From positions 5,312,001 to 5,376,000 of the forward strand of contig OZ245365.1 of assembly GCA_965226495.1 (NCBI GenBank): DNA of 64,000 bases, given 5' to 3'. This stretch comes from Candidatus Marinacidobacterales bacterium (GTDB taxonomy: Bacteria; Acidobacteriota; Vicinamibacteria; Marinacidobacterales; DATDRI01). The notes under the pieces are model-generated. The model made no database searches. It was not told where the DNA came from and saw only the letters and a program-made list of their open reading frames with translations. A program made the position numbers and the translations under genes. Shown piece by piece: positions 18,750 to 29,134 of this stretch (the first letter of the stretch is position 1; each line of letters begins with the position of its first letter).

Positions 18750-20486
18750 TCATATCCGTTCCAGTTCATCCTCCAATAGCTGCTTGCGATAAAGGCTCGC
18801 ATAAATTCCGTCGAGCGCCACGAGACTCTGGTGCGTGCCGCGCTCGGCGATCCGTCCCTCGTCCAACACGACGATGAGGTCCGCGTCCTTAATAGTGCTG
18901 ATGCGATGGGAAACGAGGAGCGTGGTGCGGTTCCTGATGACGCCTCGCAGCTGCGTCAGAATCCGTTCCTCTGTCTCAGTATCTACGCTCGAGAGCGCGT
19001 CATCCAAGACGAGTACCCGCGGGTCGGTGAGAAGCGCCCGCGCGATGGTCGAGCGCTGCCTCTGTCCGCCGGAAAGCGTGATCCCACGCTCGCCCACCAT
19101 CGTATCGTAGCGTTTGGGGAAGTCGGCAATATCGCCTGCCAAACCGGCAACCTCAGTCACTCTTTTCACTTCTTCGAGCGACGCCTCGTCCTCCCCGAAA
19201 CTGATGTTGGCTCGCAGGCTCTCCGAGAACAGAAAACCCTCTTGGGGAACGAAACCGATGGCCCCCCGAAGGCGAGCGAGCGGGAGCTTGCGCACGTCCA
19301 CACCATCTACCAAAACCTGCCCCTCGTTCACGTCATAAAGACGAGGCACCAGGCTCACTAAGGTGCTCTTGCCCGATCCGGTGCGCCCGACCACGGCAAC
19401 CGTTTTTCCCGGCTCGATCACGAGGTTGATGTCGCTCAGAACGGGCGTGCCATTGTACTGGAAGTGAACGCCGCGAAACTCGATTCCCCCCGTTAGATCC
19501 ACATCGGTGCGAGCATCGGGGGCGTCGGTCAGCTCGGGACTCTCGTCGAGAATGACCGCCAACCGCTTCATCGACGCCGCCCCGCGCTGATAGATGTTGA
19601 CAACCCAACCGAAGGCGATCATCGGCCAGGTCAGCATCGAGAGATAAGCGAAGAACGCTACCAACTGTCCCAGGGTGATCTCTTGACTGATTACCATTCG
19701 GCCGCCCCACCAAAGGACGAGAGCCGAACCAATACCGATGAGGACCGCCAGCAACGGATAAAAAGCACCCCAGATCTTCGCGAGTCCCACGTTGTGACGA
19801 AAGTAGTGTTGGTTTTCCTCCTCGAACTTCTCTTGCTCGGAGGCTTCCTGTGTGTAGGCCTTGACGACCCTCACCCCAGAGAGATTCTCCTGCACCAGCG
19901 CGGTGATGTCGCTCATCTTGGCCTGGATGGCCTCGAAACGCTTGTGAATCACTGCACCGAACTTTTTCACCGCTATCGAAACGAACGGCATGATCCCGAG
20001 CGACACTAGCGTCAGCTCGACGTTGATGGCCAGCATGAATCCAAGCGCGGCGATGGTAATCACTACGGTCTCGACGGGATACATGACCCCGGGCCCCAGC
20101 ACCATGCGCACGGCGGCGATGTCGTTCGTGGCGCGCGACATGAGATCCCCGGTACGCCAACGATGAAAGAAAGGCAAACTCATGCGCTGAAGGTGCGCGA
20201 AGAAGTCATTGCGCAGGTCGGCCTCGACATAGCGGGACACCCCAATGATGAGGCGGCGCATCCAGAATCGGAAAAATCCGTCGACCAAAGCGATCCCGAT
20301 GATGAGGGCGCAGTAAAAGACTAGCTTCTCTTTCGTCACCGACACGGTCAGATCATCGACCGTCATGCGGAGCACCTGGGGTGCGAGGACCGACGCCATT
20401 TTGCCGAAGAGCAGGCAGACCATTCCCACACCCAGTCGCTTCTTATAGCGACCCAGATAAGGAATGAGACGCCGTAGTTCTAACAT
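18750..20486 (-). CDS. ABC exporter permease/ATPase (heterodimer subunit A, YheI/MdlA-like)
   Basis: GRTGSGKS, LSGGQRQR and degenerate Walker B LDDALSSVD. Confidence 0.93.
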   Translation of the reverse strand: MLELRRLIPYLGRYKKRLGVGMVCLLFGKMASVLAPQVLRMTVDDLTVSVTKEKLVFYCALIIGIALVDGFFRFWMRRLIIGVSRYVEADLRNDFFAHLQRMSLPFFHRWRTGDLMSRATNDIAAVRMVLGPGVMYPVETVVITIAALGFMLAINVELTLVSLGIMPFVSIAVKKFGAVIHKRFEAIQAKMSDITALVQENLSGVRVVKAYTQEASEQEKFEEENQHYFRHNVGLAKIWGAFYPLLAVLIGIGSALVLWWGGRMVISQEITLGQLVAFFAYLSMLTWPMIAFGWVVNIYQRGAASMKRLAVILDESPELTDAPDARTDVDLTGGIEFRGVHFQYNGTPVLSDINLVIEPGKTVAVVGRTGSGKSTLVSLVPRLYDVNEGQVLVDGVDVRKLPLARLRGAIGFVPQEGFLFSESLRANISFGEDEASLEEVKRVTEVAGLAGDIADFPKRYDTMVGERGITLSGGQRQRSTIARALLTDPRVLVLDDALSSVDTETEERILTQLRGVIRNRTTLLVSHRISTIKDADLIVVLDEGRIAERGTHQSLVALDGIYASLYRKQLLEDELERI

Positions 20487-20568
20487 TGTGTAGACTCGTC
20501 CTCAGTCAATTCTTCTAAGAGTTAGCCTGATTTGCAAAAGGAGTCGGACGGTATGTCCTGACAGCGCT

Positions 20569-20814
20569 TTACGCCTGGAGCCCGAGCGCCTCCGCCAATT
20601 TGTGACGGTTGAACGGGCTTGTGGTCAGGATACGACCGTCTATGTCGAATGTCGGGACCTGACGCTTACCCCCGGTGGCCTTCATGACGGTCTCGGCGGC
20701 CGCCGGATCGCCGTCGATGTTGATCTCCTCATAGGCAACGCTGTGTTCATCGAGGAATCGCTTCGCCAACCGGCAGTCGGGACACCACGTCGTGGTGTAC
20801 ATCTTAATGTGCAT
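20569..20814 (-). CDS. Glutaredoxin/mycoredoxin-like protein
   Basis: YTTTWCPDC and VPTF motifs; GAGGAG upstream of the ATG. Confidence 0.85.
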   Translation of the reverse strand: MHIKMYTTTWCPDCRLAKRFLDEHSVAYEEINIDGDPAAAETVMKATGGKRQVPTFDIDGRILTTSPFNRHKLAEALGLQA

Positions 20815-20877
20815 CCGTTTTCGAACTCCTCGGATAGTATAGCACCCGCCCACGCGACGGGCCGCTAACTGCCATCG

Positions 20878-21828
20878 CTATTGGGTTTCTCGGAGATCGA
20901 CGAGAACCTTGAAGAACTTGGGGTTGGCACTGTCTTCGAAACCCCGGGCGAACTCTCGGAAGGGATAGATCCTCGAGACCAATCGCTCGACCGGGATGGC
21001 TTTATCGACCAGAGCCGCGATGGCTGGCTCGAAATCCCCGCAGCGGGAGCCCACGAGCCGCAGTTCGTCGACGACGATCCTTGAAACGTTCACGCGTGGC
21101 ATCTGTTCACTGGTGGATTTGAGGATGATCGTTCCTTTTGGCCTCGTCCACGCCCTCGCCCTCTCGATGCCTTGCGGCGATCCGGTCGCCTCCACAACCC
21201 ACGGATAGATCGAACGCGCCTGTCCTTTGACGACGGACAGCCCTATCGAGCGAAGCAGGGACAACTTGTGCTCGTGTTTGCCTGCTACTTCAACTTCCGC
21301 GCCGCGCATTTGAAGCCCAAGTGCGATCAGTGTTCCCAACCGTCCATCGCCGACAACCAACACCCTCTCCCCGGGCGAAATCCCAACTTCCCCGACCGCG
21401 AGTGCCGCGGCCAAGGGCTCGACCCAAACCGCCTCTTCGTCGCTAACGCTGTCTGGAACCCGATGCAGGTTTCCGATCGGTGTGGTCAGGTATTCGGCGA
21501 AGGCACCGTCTCTCCCCTCGATGCCCAAGACCTTTCGATTCTCACAATGTCGAACAATACCTTGACCGCAGAGCGAGCACGCCCCACAGCCGATGTTGAT
21601 CTCGGAGACAACCCTGCTGCCAACCCAACTAGAATCGGAAGCCCTCTCGACGACACCGACCATCTCGTGGCCCGGCACACCGCGAAAGTCGCGGTAACCG
21701 CCAAGAAGCGCATGATCGGTCCCGCAGATCCCCGCCATTCGAACCCGAACCAGTGCATCTCCGGGTTCCGGAACGGGAGTGGGGATCTCCTTCAGGCCGG
21801 GCGAGTCATCAACAACGAAGGCCAGCAT
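20878..21828 (-). CDS. Zn-dependent alcohol dehydrogenase (MDR family)
   Basis: GICGTD, GHE, CGACSLC...C and GDGRLG motifs. Confidence 0.9.
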   Translation of the reverse strand: MLAFVVDDSPGLKEIPTPVPEPGDALVRVRMAGICGTDHALLGGYRDFRGVPGHEMVGVVERASDSSWVGSRVVSEINIGCGACSLCGQGIVRHCENRKVLGIEGRDGAFAEYLTTPIGNLHRVPDSVSDEEAVWVEPLAAALAVGEVGISPGERVLVVGDGRLGTLIALGLQMRGAEVEVAGKHEHKLSLLRSIGLSVVKGQARSIYPWVVEATGSPQGIERARAWTRPKGTIILKSTSEQMPRVNVSRIVVDELRLVGSRCGDFEPAIAALVDKAIPVERLVSRIYPFREFARGFEDSANPKFFKVLVDLRETQ

Positions 21829-21831
21829 CTT

Positions 21832-21966
21832 GGCGGAGAGCCCTCAGCCGCCGCGCAGCCGCCCGTCGGCGAAGCGGAAAGCGCCCGAACGCAGCCCTGA
21901 GCCAATGCGCAGTCGCGAAGTCGACGAAGCATGTGGCGTGGGGGTGGGGCCCCGCGCCTGTAATTG
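21832..21966. repeat. Diverged, inverted and longer copy 3 of the intergenic repeat
   Basis: Reverse complement reads caatt..gcggggccccacccccacgcc...gacttcgcgactgcg...gctgagggctctccgcc. Confidence 0.55.
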
Positions 21967-21992
21967 AAGAGTGAGGGCGCACTGATACATTT

Positions 21993-24011
21993 TCATCTAC
22001 GAGTGGCAACTTCGAGCTCGCCGATTTTCTCGTCGACCAGAGATTCGTAGGCCGCGTCACCGATCGACTCCATGAGCTCGAGTGCCCGGGGGCGCTGACC
22101 TAGCGCTTCGTAACACCGAGCGATGTTGTAGCGGAGGTCGACTTCGTCATACGGAGCTATCGGATCGATGTTCTTGGATGCCAGCTGGAAGGCGGAAAGA
22201 GCCTGCCGGTAGCTCCCTTCTTCAAATAGTCGTTTGCCTCGCTCGAGAGGACTTTCGGGCGCGATGAGCTCAGAACCTTCGATCTTCCCACGGCGGTAGA
22301 AGAGAGGCGCTTGCCCGGACAGTACTTCGTCGAGCAGAACCTCTCTCACTTCGACGATGTCCTCACCCTCGAGTCGGGCCGGGCATCCTTTATATAAGGG
22401 GCCGCCTTTACCTCCGAGATCCACGAGCCGAAGACCCTGGCAGTCTTCCCCAGCGAAGAAGTACACCGCGCCTGCCGAGATCGCCCGGGTTCCCTGAGGC
22501 TCATCCGGCTCTGAGCCCACCCAGACTACCGAAGGTTTTCCTCCCTCGAACCTCAGGATGAAATCGAAATTCTGTGGCAAGAGCCTTCCGAAGAAGGTTC
22601 GCTGAAGCAATATCGTCTGTTGTCCCCCGCTGTCGGTGAGGTGGAGATAAAAAACACCTTGCTCCGGGGTAGCCTGGACGTCGATCTCCGGTGCGATCTC
22701 TTTCACCGCCGCCAACAACACTTTGGGCAATTCCCTGTCCAGAGCAAGAAAGGCGCGGGATTTCGCGGCGCCCGCTCCACGAAGCTGCGCGAGCTCCATA
22801 AGCGCGTTCAAAACCTGGGTCTCGTTGGTCGCGTCTCTGAGAATCTTTCTTAGAGCAAGGTCGATTTGCCGATATCGGTCCGGAATCGGGACCGGCCCGG
22901 CCTCGAGCGCAGCCGCTTCATCCACGAGCGTGGAGAAGGACTTCTCAACTCGACTCGTCCGGCGGGTCGTCGTTCCGGTCTCTTTCTCCGCCGGTGGTCC
23001 GAGAAGCTGCAACACAGCGGTCACTTGCTCCCGGATGCGGCTACCCGGAGGATCTCCGGCAAGCGGGATTCTTATTTGCATCAAGCCGCGGCGGGATACG
23101 ATCCAAATCTCTCCATCGTCAGCCGGTTCGATGCCAGCCGGCAACCGGTCGGCGCGCCCCACCTCGACTCGCAGGCTCAGTAGGCGAACGATACGTCGCA
23201 CCGACGCTAGGTCACGCTCTTCGACGAAAGCGCCCACTGCAAACTCGTGCCCCAGCTTACTCGGCTCGATGAGTGCCAACCCAATGGCGTCCAACTCCTC
23301 GCTGCAACGAGGACACGCATCTATGGGGAAATACAAAACGACCGTCATTCCTTCGTCCAGGTACTCAGATGAAACAAACGTGCTGCCGGTCGCCGCAATC
23401 CGGATATCCGGAAGCGGCGCCACCGCGACTTCGATCTCTGGGAACTCTACCGCCAGCTCGAGAGCGAAGCGCTCTTGATCAATGACCGCATGAAGCACGT
23501 TTCTATCCGCGAAAGCTCCGGTTTCCAGCAAGCTCCGCTCGATGGCCGCCTGATCGACCTCTGGAGCGAAGTAAGCCTCCAGCAAGAGTTCCATGCGTTG
23601 CGCCACGTCGAGGTCGGGGTGAGAGGCCATCTGCAAAAGAGTCTCCGGCGACGGTACGAGGTTCACGGAGCGCCGCAGGGCTTTCCGTCCCTCCACCCAT
23701 CGCTCTTGTTCGACGAGCGCGTTTCCGAACGTTTCAAAATACCGGGCACGGCGTTCCCGATAGGCGGTGCGTGCCTTTTCGATCATGTCCTCGAAAAGCA
23801 ATCCTTTTTCCGGAGTCTCCTGGATCTCTTTCTCGGGTTCGAAGTACGAGGACTTCGAGAGAGCGCGACCGGCGGCGGCCTCGGCACCCTGGGCGTCGCT
23901 TTCGCCGAGGAGCCGCACAGCCTCGGAATGTGCCCTTTCGGCCGGACCGATCCCTCCCGACTGAACGAGAGCGATGGCGAGAACGAAAGGAGATAGCAGT
24001 CGGACTAGCAA
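21993..24011 (-). CDS. Exported TPR protein with thioredoxin-like (CPRC) segment
   Basis: TTG start with GAGG RBS; signal peptide; TPR-like ends (YNIARCYEALG); VVLYFPIDACPRCSEEL. Confidence 0.6.
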   Translation of the reverse strand: MLVRLLSPFVLAIALVQSGGIGPAERAHSEAVRLLGESDAQGAEAAAGRALSKSSYFEPEKEIQETPEKGLLFEDMIEKARTAYRERRARYFETFGNALVEQERWVEGRKALRRSVNLVPSPETLLQMASHPDLDVAQRMELLLEAYFAPEVDQAAIERSLLETGAFADRNVLHAVIDQERFALELAVEFPEIEVAVAPLPDIRIAATGSTFVSSEYLDEGMTVVLYFPIDACPRCSEELDAIGLALIEPSKLGHEFAVGAFVEERDLASVRRIVRLLSLRVEVGRADRLPAGIEPADDGEIWIVSRRGLMQIRIPLAGDPPGSRIREQVTAVLQLLGPPAEKETGTTTRRTSRVEKSFSTLVDEAAALEAGPVPIPDRYRQIDLALRKILRDATNETQVLNALMELAQLRGAGAAKSRAFLALDRELPKVLLAAVKEIAPEIDVQATPEQGVFYLHLTDSGGQQTILLQRTFFGRLLPQNFDFILRFEGGKPSVVWVGSEPDEPQGTRAISAGAVYFFAGEDCQGLRLVDLGGKGGPLYKGCPARLEGEDIVEVREVLLDEVLSGQAPLFYRRGKIEGSELIAPESPLERGKRLFEEGSYRQALSAFQLASKNIDPIAPYDEVDLRYNIARCYEALGQRPRALELMESIGDAAYESLVDEKIGELEVATRR

Positions 24012-24019
24012 GGCATACC

Positions 24020-25204
24020 TCAGGAAGGTTTGAGTGCCGCGAGCTTGTCTGCGGCAGCGCGGAGAGTCTCTTCTCGCTTGCAAAAAGTGAAACGAACCTT
24101 TTGGGCACCGCCTTCGGGGCGGTGGTAGAAGCTCGAGCCCGGAACCACAGCCACGCCTATTTTCTCGATCAGATGCCGTGAAAAACTCACGTCGTCGGGA
24201 AAGCCGAAGCGTGAGATGTCGGTCATGACGTAATACGCTCCGTTCGGCTTATAACAGGAGAAACCCGCTTCTTCCAGGGCCGGCAGCAGAATGTCACGTC
24301 GAGTTCGATAGTCGACCGACAGTTGCCGGTAGTAGTCGTCCGGAAGCCCCAAAGCGACGACACCCGCCTCCTGTAAGGGGGCCGCCGCACCGACGGTCAG
24401 GAAGTCGTGCACCTTGCGGATTGCATCACTTAACACCGGAGGAGCCAACGCCCACCCGACTCTCCACCCGGTCAGGGAATACGTCTTGGACAGGCTGTTG
24501 ATGGTGACGGTACGTTCCCGCATGCCGTCCAGGGACGCGAGCGGTATGTGTTCGCCTTCGTAAAGGATGTGCTCGTAGATCTCGTCGGTGATGGCCACCA
24601 CGCCCCATTTCTGACAAAGGGCGGCGATCTGGGACAGCTCCTCCCGGGTGAACACCTTACCGGTCGGATTGTTGGGGGTATTGATGATGATGGCCCGCGT
24701 CCGATCGTTGAAAGCGGCGGCCAGCTCGTCTGGATCGAGTCGCCAGTCCGGCTCGTGGAGCGTCACGTAGCGCGGCACCGCGCCCGAAAGAATGGCATCG
24801 GGCCCATAGTTTTCGTAGTAAGGCTCGAAGAGCACGACTTCGTCTCCCGGATCCACCACACCCAACATGGCGGACATCATCGCCTCCGTGGAGCCACAGC
24901 ACACGACGAGCTCTTTCTCGGGATCGACGTCCATTCCATACACACGGCTGTAGTTCTCGGCTATCGCATTCCGAAACGACTTCGCTCCCCAGGTGATGGC
25001 ATATTGGTTGACGTCGGCCCGGATGGCGGCAACCGCCGCTTCCTTGATCTTATCGGGAGCCGGAAAGTCCGGGAATCCCTGCGCTAGGTTGGTTCCGCCG
25101 TGAATTTGGCAGAGGCGCGTCATCTCACGAATGACGGATTCGGTGAAAGACTCCGCCTTCTTGGATCCGGAGATCGATCTCGGTGTAGATGGATGGGATG
25201 ACAT
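24020..25204 (-). CDS. PLP-dependent aminotransferase class I/II
   Basis: NLAQGFPDF, NTPNNPTG, DEIY and SLSKTYSLTGWRVG motifs. Confidence 0.93.
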   Translation of the reverse strand: MSSHPSTPRSISGSKKAESFTESVIREMTRLCQIHGGTNLAQGFPDFPAPDKIKEAAVAAIRADVNQYAITWGAKSFRNAIAENYSRVYGMDVDPEKELVVCCGSTEAMMSAMLGVVDPGDEVVLFEPYYENYGPDAILSGAVPRYVTLHEPDWRLDPDELAAAFNDRTRAIIINTPNNPTGKVFTREELSQIAALCQKWGVVAITDEIYEHILYEGEHIPLASLDGMRERTVTINSLSKTYSLTGWRVGWALAPPVLSDAIRKVHDFLTVGAAAPLQEAGVVALGLPDDYYRQLSVDYRTRRDILLPALEEAGFSCYKPNGAYYVMTDISRFGFPDDVSFSRHLIEKIGVAVVPGSSFYHRPEGGAQKVRFTFCKREETLRAAADKLAALKPS

Positions 25205-25248
25205 GAAACGATGGCCCTCGCGAACTCAACTAAATAACCCTTGGTGGG

Positions 25249-27522
25249 TTACTCTGCAACCGCCTCAGGGGCGTAATAAACACGTCGATAGATCATTTCG
25301 TTACGAAGAACCAACTTGACGTAGTTGCGGGTCTCGGTAAACGGGATCTCTTCGATGAATTCTTCTGGATCTAGCTCGAGATCCATTCCCGTCCAAGCCC
25401 GGACCCGATGCGGCCCCGCATTGTAACTTGCCAGCGCGTAGTCCACCCTCCCCCCGAAGCGATTCAGCATTGACCGGAAGTAGTGAGTACCGAATCGGAT
25501 ATTCACCTCTGGATCGTACAGGTCCGCGCTCCGGTAACGCTGCCGCTGCTCGCGTGCGATGCTCTTGCCGGTAGCCGGCATGATCTGCATCAGCCCTCGG
25601 GCGCCAGCTCGGGAACGAATCTTCGGGTTGAACGTAGACTCTTGGCGGATGAGCGCCGCTACCAGATAAGGATCCAGTTTTGCTTCTTCCGAGTAACGCT
25701 CCACCACGTCCCAGAATCTCAGGGGGTAGATGATCTGCCAGATTTCCCGCGGCAGCAGATCCCCGGTGGCGGAAGTGTGAAAGGGAAACGCGCGCCGCAT
25801 CGTGAAGATCGCTTGCCCGGTGCGACCTTGCTGGAGGCGGATCCATGCCACGGTAGCCAGGAAGGCAGGATCGCCGTCACCCTCTTGACTACGCTCCGCT
25901 TCGAGCGTCGCCTGTTCGTAGAGCCCCATCGCCAGTAGCTGAGAAATGCGGGCCTGGCGATCGGTCCGGTAGACTCCCAGGGCGTCCTTCAGATCGATGC
26001 CGACGCGAGCCTGCTCGAGGGCAGCGATGGGCGCCAGAACGCCGCCGAGAAGCGTCAAGTGTTCCTCGGCTCGTCGGCCATAGTACGTGTTCTTGAAACC
26101 CACCAGGACTTGCCGATAGAGAGCAACGGCACGATCGACTTGACCCGAGCTCTCGTAGGCGCGCGCGCCCCAATAAAGGAATTGAGAAAACTCGTCCGCG
26201 GCCGGGTTCTCCCTTGCCACCTTGTCGAATCCGACCGCCGCCTCCTCATACATCCTCTGCCGATATTGGTCCCATAGGAGGCGCCACTGGGCAGGAGCGT
26301 AGTTCTTCCCACCCGGAAACTCCTTGACGAGCCTGCGACAGTAGTCAAGAGCGATTGCCTTCTCGTCGTGGTCCTCGTGATCCGTGGCGAGACTCCATAA
26401 AGCTTCTTCCACCCAAGGACCCTTGGGATCCATGCTGACGACTTCCGAAAGTTTGGTCCTGAAGGATTCGCGTCTTCGTCGCCGCCGATCGGCCAGCGCG
26501 CGATAGTAAGTCGCCTCCGGCTTGAGGTCCGGCCGTTTCACTTGCAGAAGGATTTGATCCGCGGTGCTACTTTGACGGCGTTCGTACTGGCAGATTCCAC
26601 GGCGCAAATGAACAAGGTCTTCGTCGACGTGTTTCTTGAAACGACTGAGTAGCGAGGTGTACGCATTGTAGGCGTCGCCATATCGCTCACTCTCGTAGAG
26701 AGTCTCGGCGCGCTCGAAAGCCAGCCGGTAGAGCTCACTCGTGTCTCGCGGCGAGGCTTTCTTACGGAGAGCGGTGAGCTTGCTTCCCGCGCCCTTAGCG
26801 AACGGGCTTGTCGGTATCTCATAGTAGAGCTCCTCGAGCAGTTCGGCCGCCTCCCGTTCTCGGCCAAGACTGATGAGCACATTGGCCAGCTCGAAGAGTC
26901 CCTCGTCCCTGACATCTTCTTGCCCATCCGCCAAAATGGCGCTGAACCGCCCTACCGCCTCTTCACGTTTTCCCTGCCGGACGAGGAGTCGACCGCTCCG
27001 AAGCCGGGCTTCATTAATAAGAGCGAAATCTGGATATTGAGTGGTGAGTTTGTCTAGGAGCTCAATGGCATCTGCCGGCTTCCTGTCATCGATCACCCCG
27101 CTGGCAAAGAAGAGAGCGTGCGCAGACAGCTCCGTCGAGTCTATCCAAGGGGAGAGGAAGTGCTCCACCGCCTCGTTTGGTCGCTTCGCGTCGAGCAACA
27201 CCAGCCCAGTCGCGAACTGGGCCAGACCTCGACTAAGTGGAGGCTCATCTTCGGAAGCGAGCACGGAAAGCCGGTCTAGCTTGTCACCCGTGGTAGACGA
27301 CGGAGCCTGGAGGACGTTGGAAAGTTGAACGAGCTCGTCTCCCGGGTGGCGAAAGGGCTCCCAGGGCAGGCTGGGGAACTCAGGTTGTGTCTCAGCGCGC
27401 GACGGTTTCGGAAACGAGAAAGGTCCAGGAACAACCGGGGACGCCGCCAGGAGTCCCAGCAACACGCCCAGTCCAACCAAAACAGACAGAGCCACGAGGG
27501 TTTTCCGATCGGTCCGGTTCAT
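25249..27522 (-). CDS. Soluble lytic murein transglycosylase with TPR repeats
   Basis: IRQES, GARGLMQIMP, ASYNAG and IPFTETRNYV motifs. Confidence 0.92.
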   Translation of the reverse strand: MNRTDRKTLVALSVLVGLGVLLGLLAASPVVPGPFSFPKPSRAETQPEFPSLPWEPFRHPGDELVQLSNVLQAPSSTTGDKLDRLSVLASEDEPPLSRGLAQFATGLVLLDAKRPNEAVEHFLSPWIDSTELSAHALFFASGVIDDRKPADAIELLDKLTTQYPDFALINEARLRSGRLLVRQGKREEAVGRFSAILADGQEDVRDEGLFELANVLISLGREREAAELLEELYYEIPTSPFAKGAGSKLTALRKKASPRDTSELYRLAFERAETLYESERYGDAYNAYTSLLSRFKKHVDEDLVHLRRGICQYERRQSSTADQILLQVKRPDLKPEATYYRALADRRRRRRESFRTKLSEVVSMDPKGPWVEEALWSLATDHEDHDEKAIALDYCRRLVKEFPGGKNYAPAQWRLLWDQYRQRMYEEAAVGFDKVARENPAADEFSQFLYWGARAYESSGQVDRAVALYRQVLVGFKNTYYGRRAEEHLTLLGGVLAPIAALEQARVGIDLKDALGVYRTDRQARISQLLAMGLYEQATLEAERSQEGDGDPAFLATVAWIRLQQGRTGQAIFTMRRAFPFHTSATGDLLPREIWQIIYPLRFWDVVERYSEEAKLDPYLVAALIRQESTFNPKIRSRAGARGLMQIMPATGKSIAREQRQRYRSADLYDPEVNIRFGTHYFRSMLNRFGGRVDYALASYNAGPHRVRAWTGMDLELDPEEFIEEIPFTETRNYVKLVLRNEMIYRRVYYAPEAVAE

Positions 27523-27621
27523 AGCATAGGGCTTCCGATATCAATATTATAGGCAGCTCTTTCCGAGCCTGCCGTGAGCCAGGGTATTAGATGTATATGG
27601 ATGTATAGGAATATATAAGGA

Positions 27622-28901
27622 CTAGTTGGGGTGCTGCCCCAGAGCTCCGGCATCTCCATCGGCAAGGATGCGTATCAGCTCTTCATCAAAGTAGCCCGTT
27701 GCGCCGCGAATATCGGAAGACACGCGCTCGGAATAAAGCTGCCTGCTCCGCTCGATGTCATCCCTCAACAGGTTGTAGATGCCTCGTTTCTGGCGACCCT
27801 GCTGAACCTTGGCTTCGTTATAAAGCTTGATCTCAGAAATAAGTTATAAAGCTTGAGACGCGCGAAACGCTTAGCGTCTTCGTGCTGCTTGCGCGTATCC
27901 GGGTCCATCGAGTCGAGAGAAGCGGGCGAGGAGGGAGGTGGAGCTGATGCGGGGGCACTCGGTGCGGCCCCTTGGGATAAGGCGTGCGCCTCGATGTCCT
28001 TGACGTTCAGCATCACGGTCCCCGAGTCCTCACCCGAAGTCGGTGCCGCCGGGGGAGCAGGAGGAGCAGGAGGAGCAAGAGGAGCAAGAGGCCCAGGAGG
28101 CGGGGTGACCGGCTCTTTGAGAGCCGCCATTCGATCCGATTGAAAGTCGCCGGAGGCTCTCCCCGCGGATTTGGCCGCGTTCATCAAGTCGAGTAACCGA
28201 CTGGCATAGAGGACGAGGATTTCGATCGCTTCGACATCGCCGAGCGGGTCGCGTGAGTCACCGCTGTCCGCATAAATGACTGCCCCCACTTTGTCCCTAA
28301 GGATGAGAGGCATGGCGAAGATGTTAGTGGGAAGGACGGTGCCGATTCTAGACAGCAGGTGCGCATTATCACGGTGCGCGCTGCTCTCACCGAAGAACCG
28401 CTGACGGGATTGCATGACGGCGCGAAAAACCGTGTCGGCGTTCGCGGGAACGGAGATCCGTTTGAGGGCGTCGTTACTAAAACCGGGGCTTTGGTCGAAT
28501 CCCAAGCCGTTCCAACCGATGCAGTTTCCGCCCTTGATCACGAAGAGAGCGATCCGAGGAGCGAACTGCGAGATCTCCTGAACGAGAGTGTTGAGCACTT
28601 CTTGGAGTGTGTTTCCGATTTCCAGTTGCGCCATGGCCGCGCGTACTTGAGGTAGCCGGCTCTCGGCGCCCCCACCACCGCCGCCGACCGACACCTCCCC
28701 GAGCTCCTGAACGAACGCGAGGATCTTCCCCTCGTCGATGTTCTCCTCGTACTTGGCCATTCGCGACTGGACGGAGTCCAGCTGACTGATGAGGCCATCC
28801 TGGATCCCGGACACCTCCCCGCGAAGCTCATTGGCCCAAGTGGAAAGCAGAGAATGAAATAAGGCCAGAGTTTTAGCTCGAAGCTGCTCCTCGTTACTCA
28901 T
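27622..28901 (-). pseudogene. GAF-domain protein frameshifted near its C-terminus
   Basis: GAF-like PLILRDKVGAVIYAD. HEDAKRFARL continues as LISEIKLYNEAKVQQGR...ILADGDAGALG in another frame after an 11-nt insertion. Confidence 0.75.
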
Positions 28902-29082
28902 CCTTTAATGCCCTGCGCCCGGTCACTAGAAAGAAAGACAAGCGCGCCTTAAAACCTCGAAGTCCTGCCAGTCGATAGGGTTACGAACGATTAGATGAGC
29001 CATTATCATACACGGTCCGGGGTAAGTCAAGATGTTTAAAGGCGTTTGGGGAGCTCGCGCCCCCCTCATGGCCCCGTCAGAG

Positions 29083-29111
29083 TTGCTACACACCCTAGTT
29101 AAATGTACAAT
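29083..29111 (+). promoter_or_regulatory. Putative sigma70 promoter of ssrA
   Basis: TTGCTA-17 nt-TACAAT upstream of the tmRNA 5' end. Confidence 0.5.
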
Positions 29112-29134
29112 TTTGGGCAGGAAAGTTCCAACTT

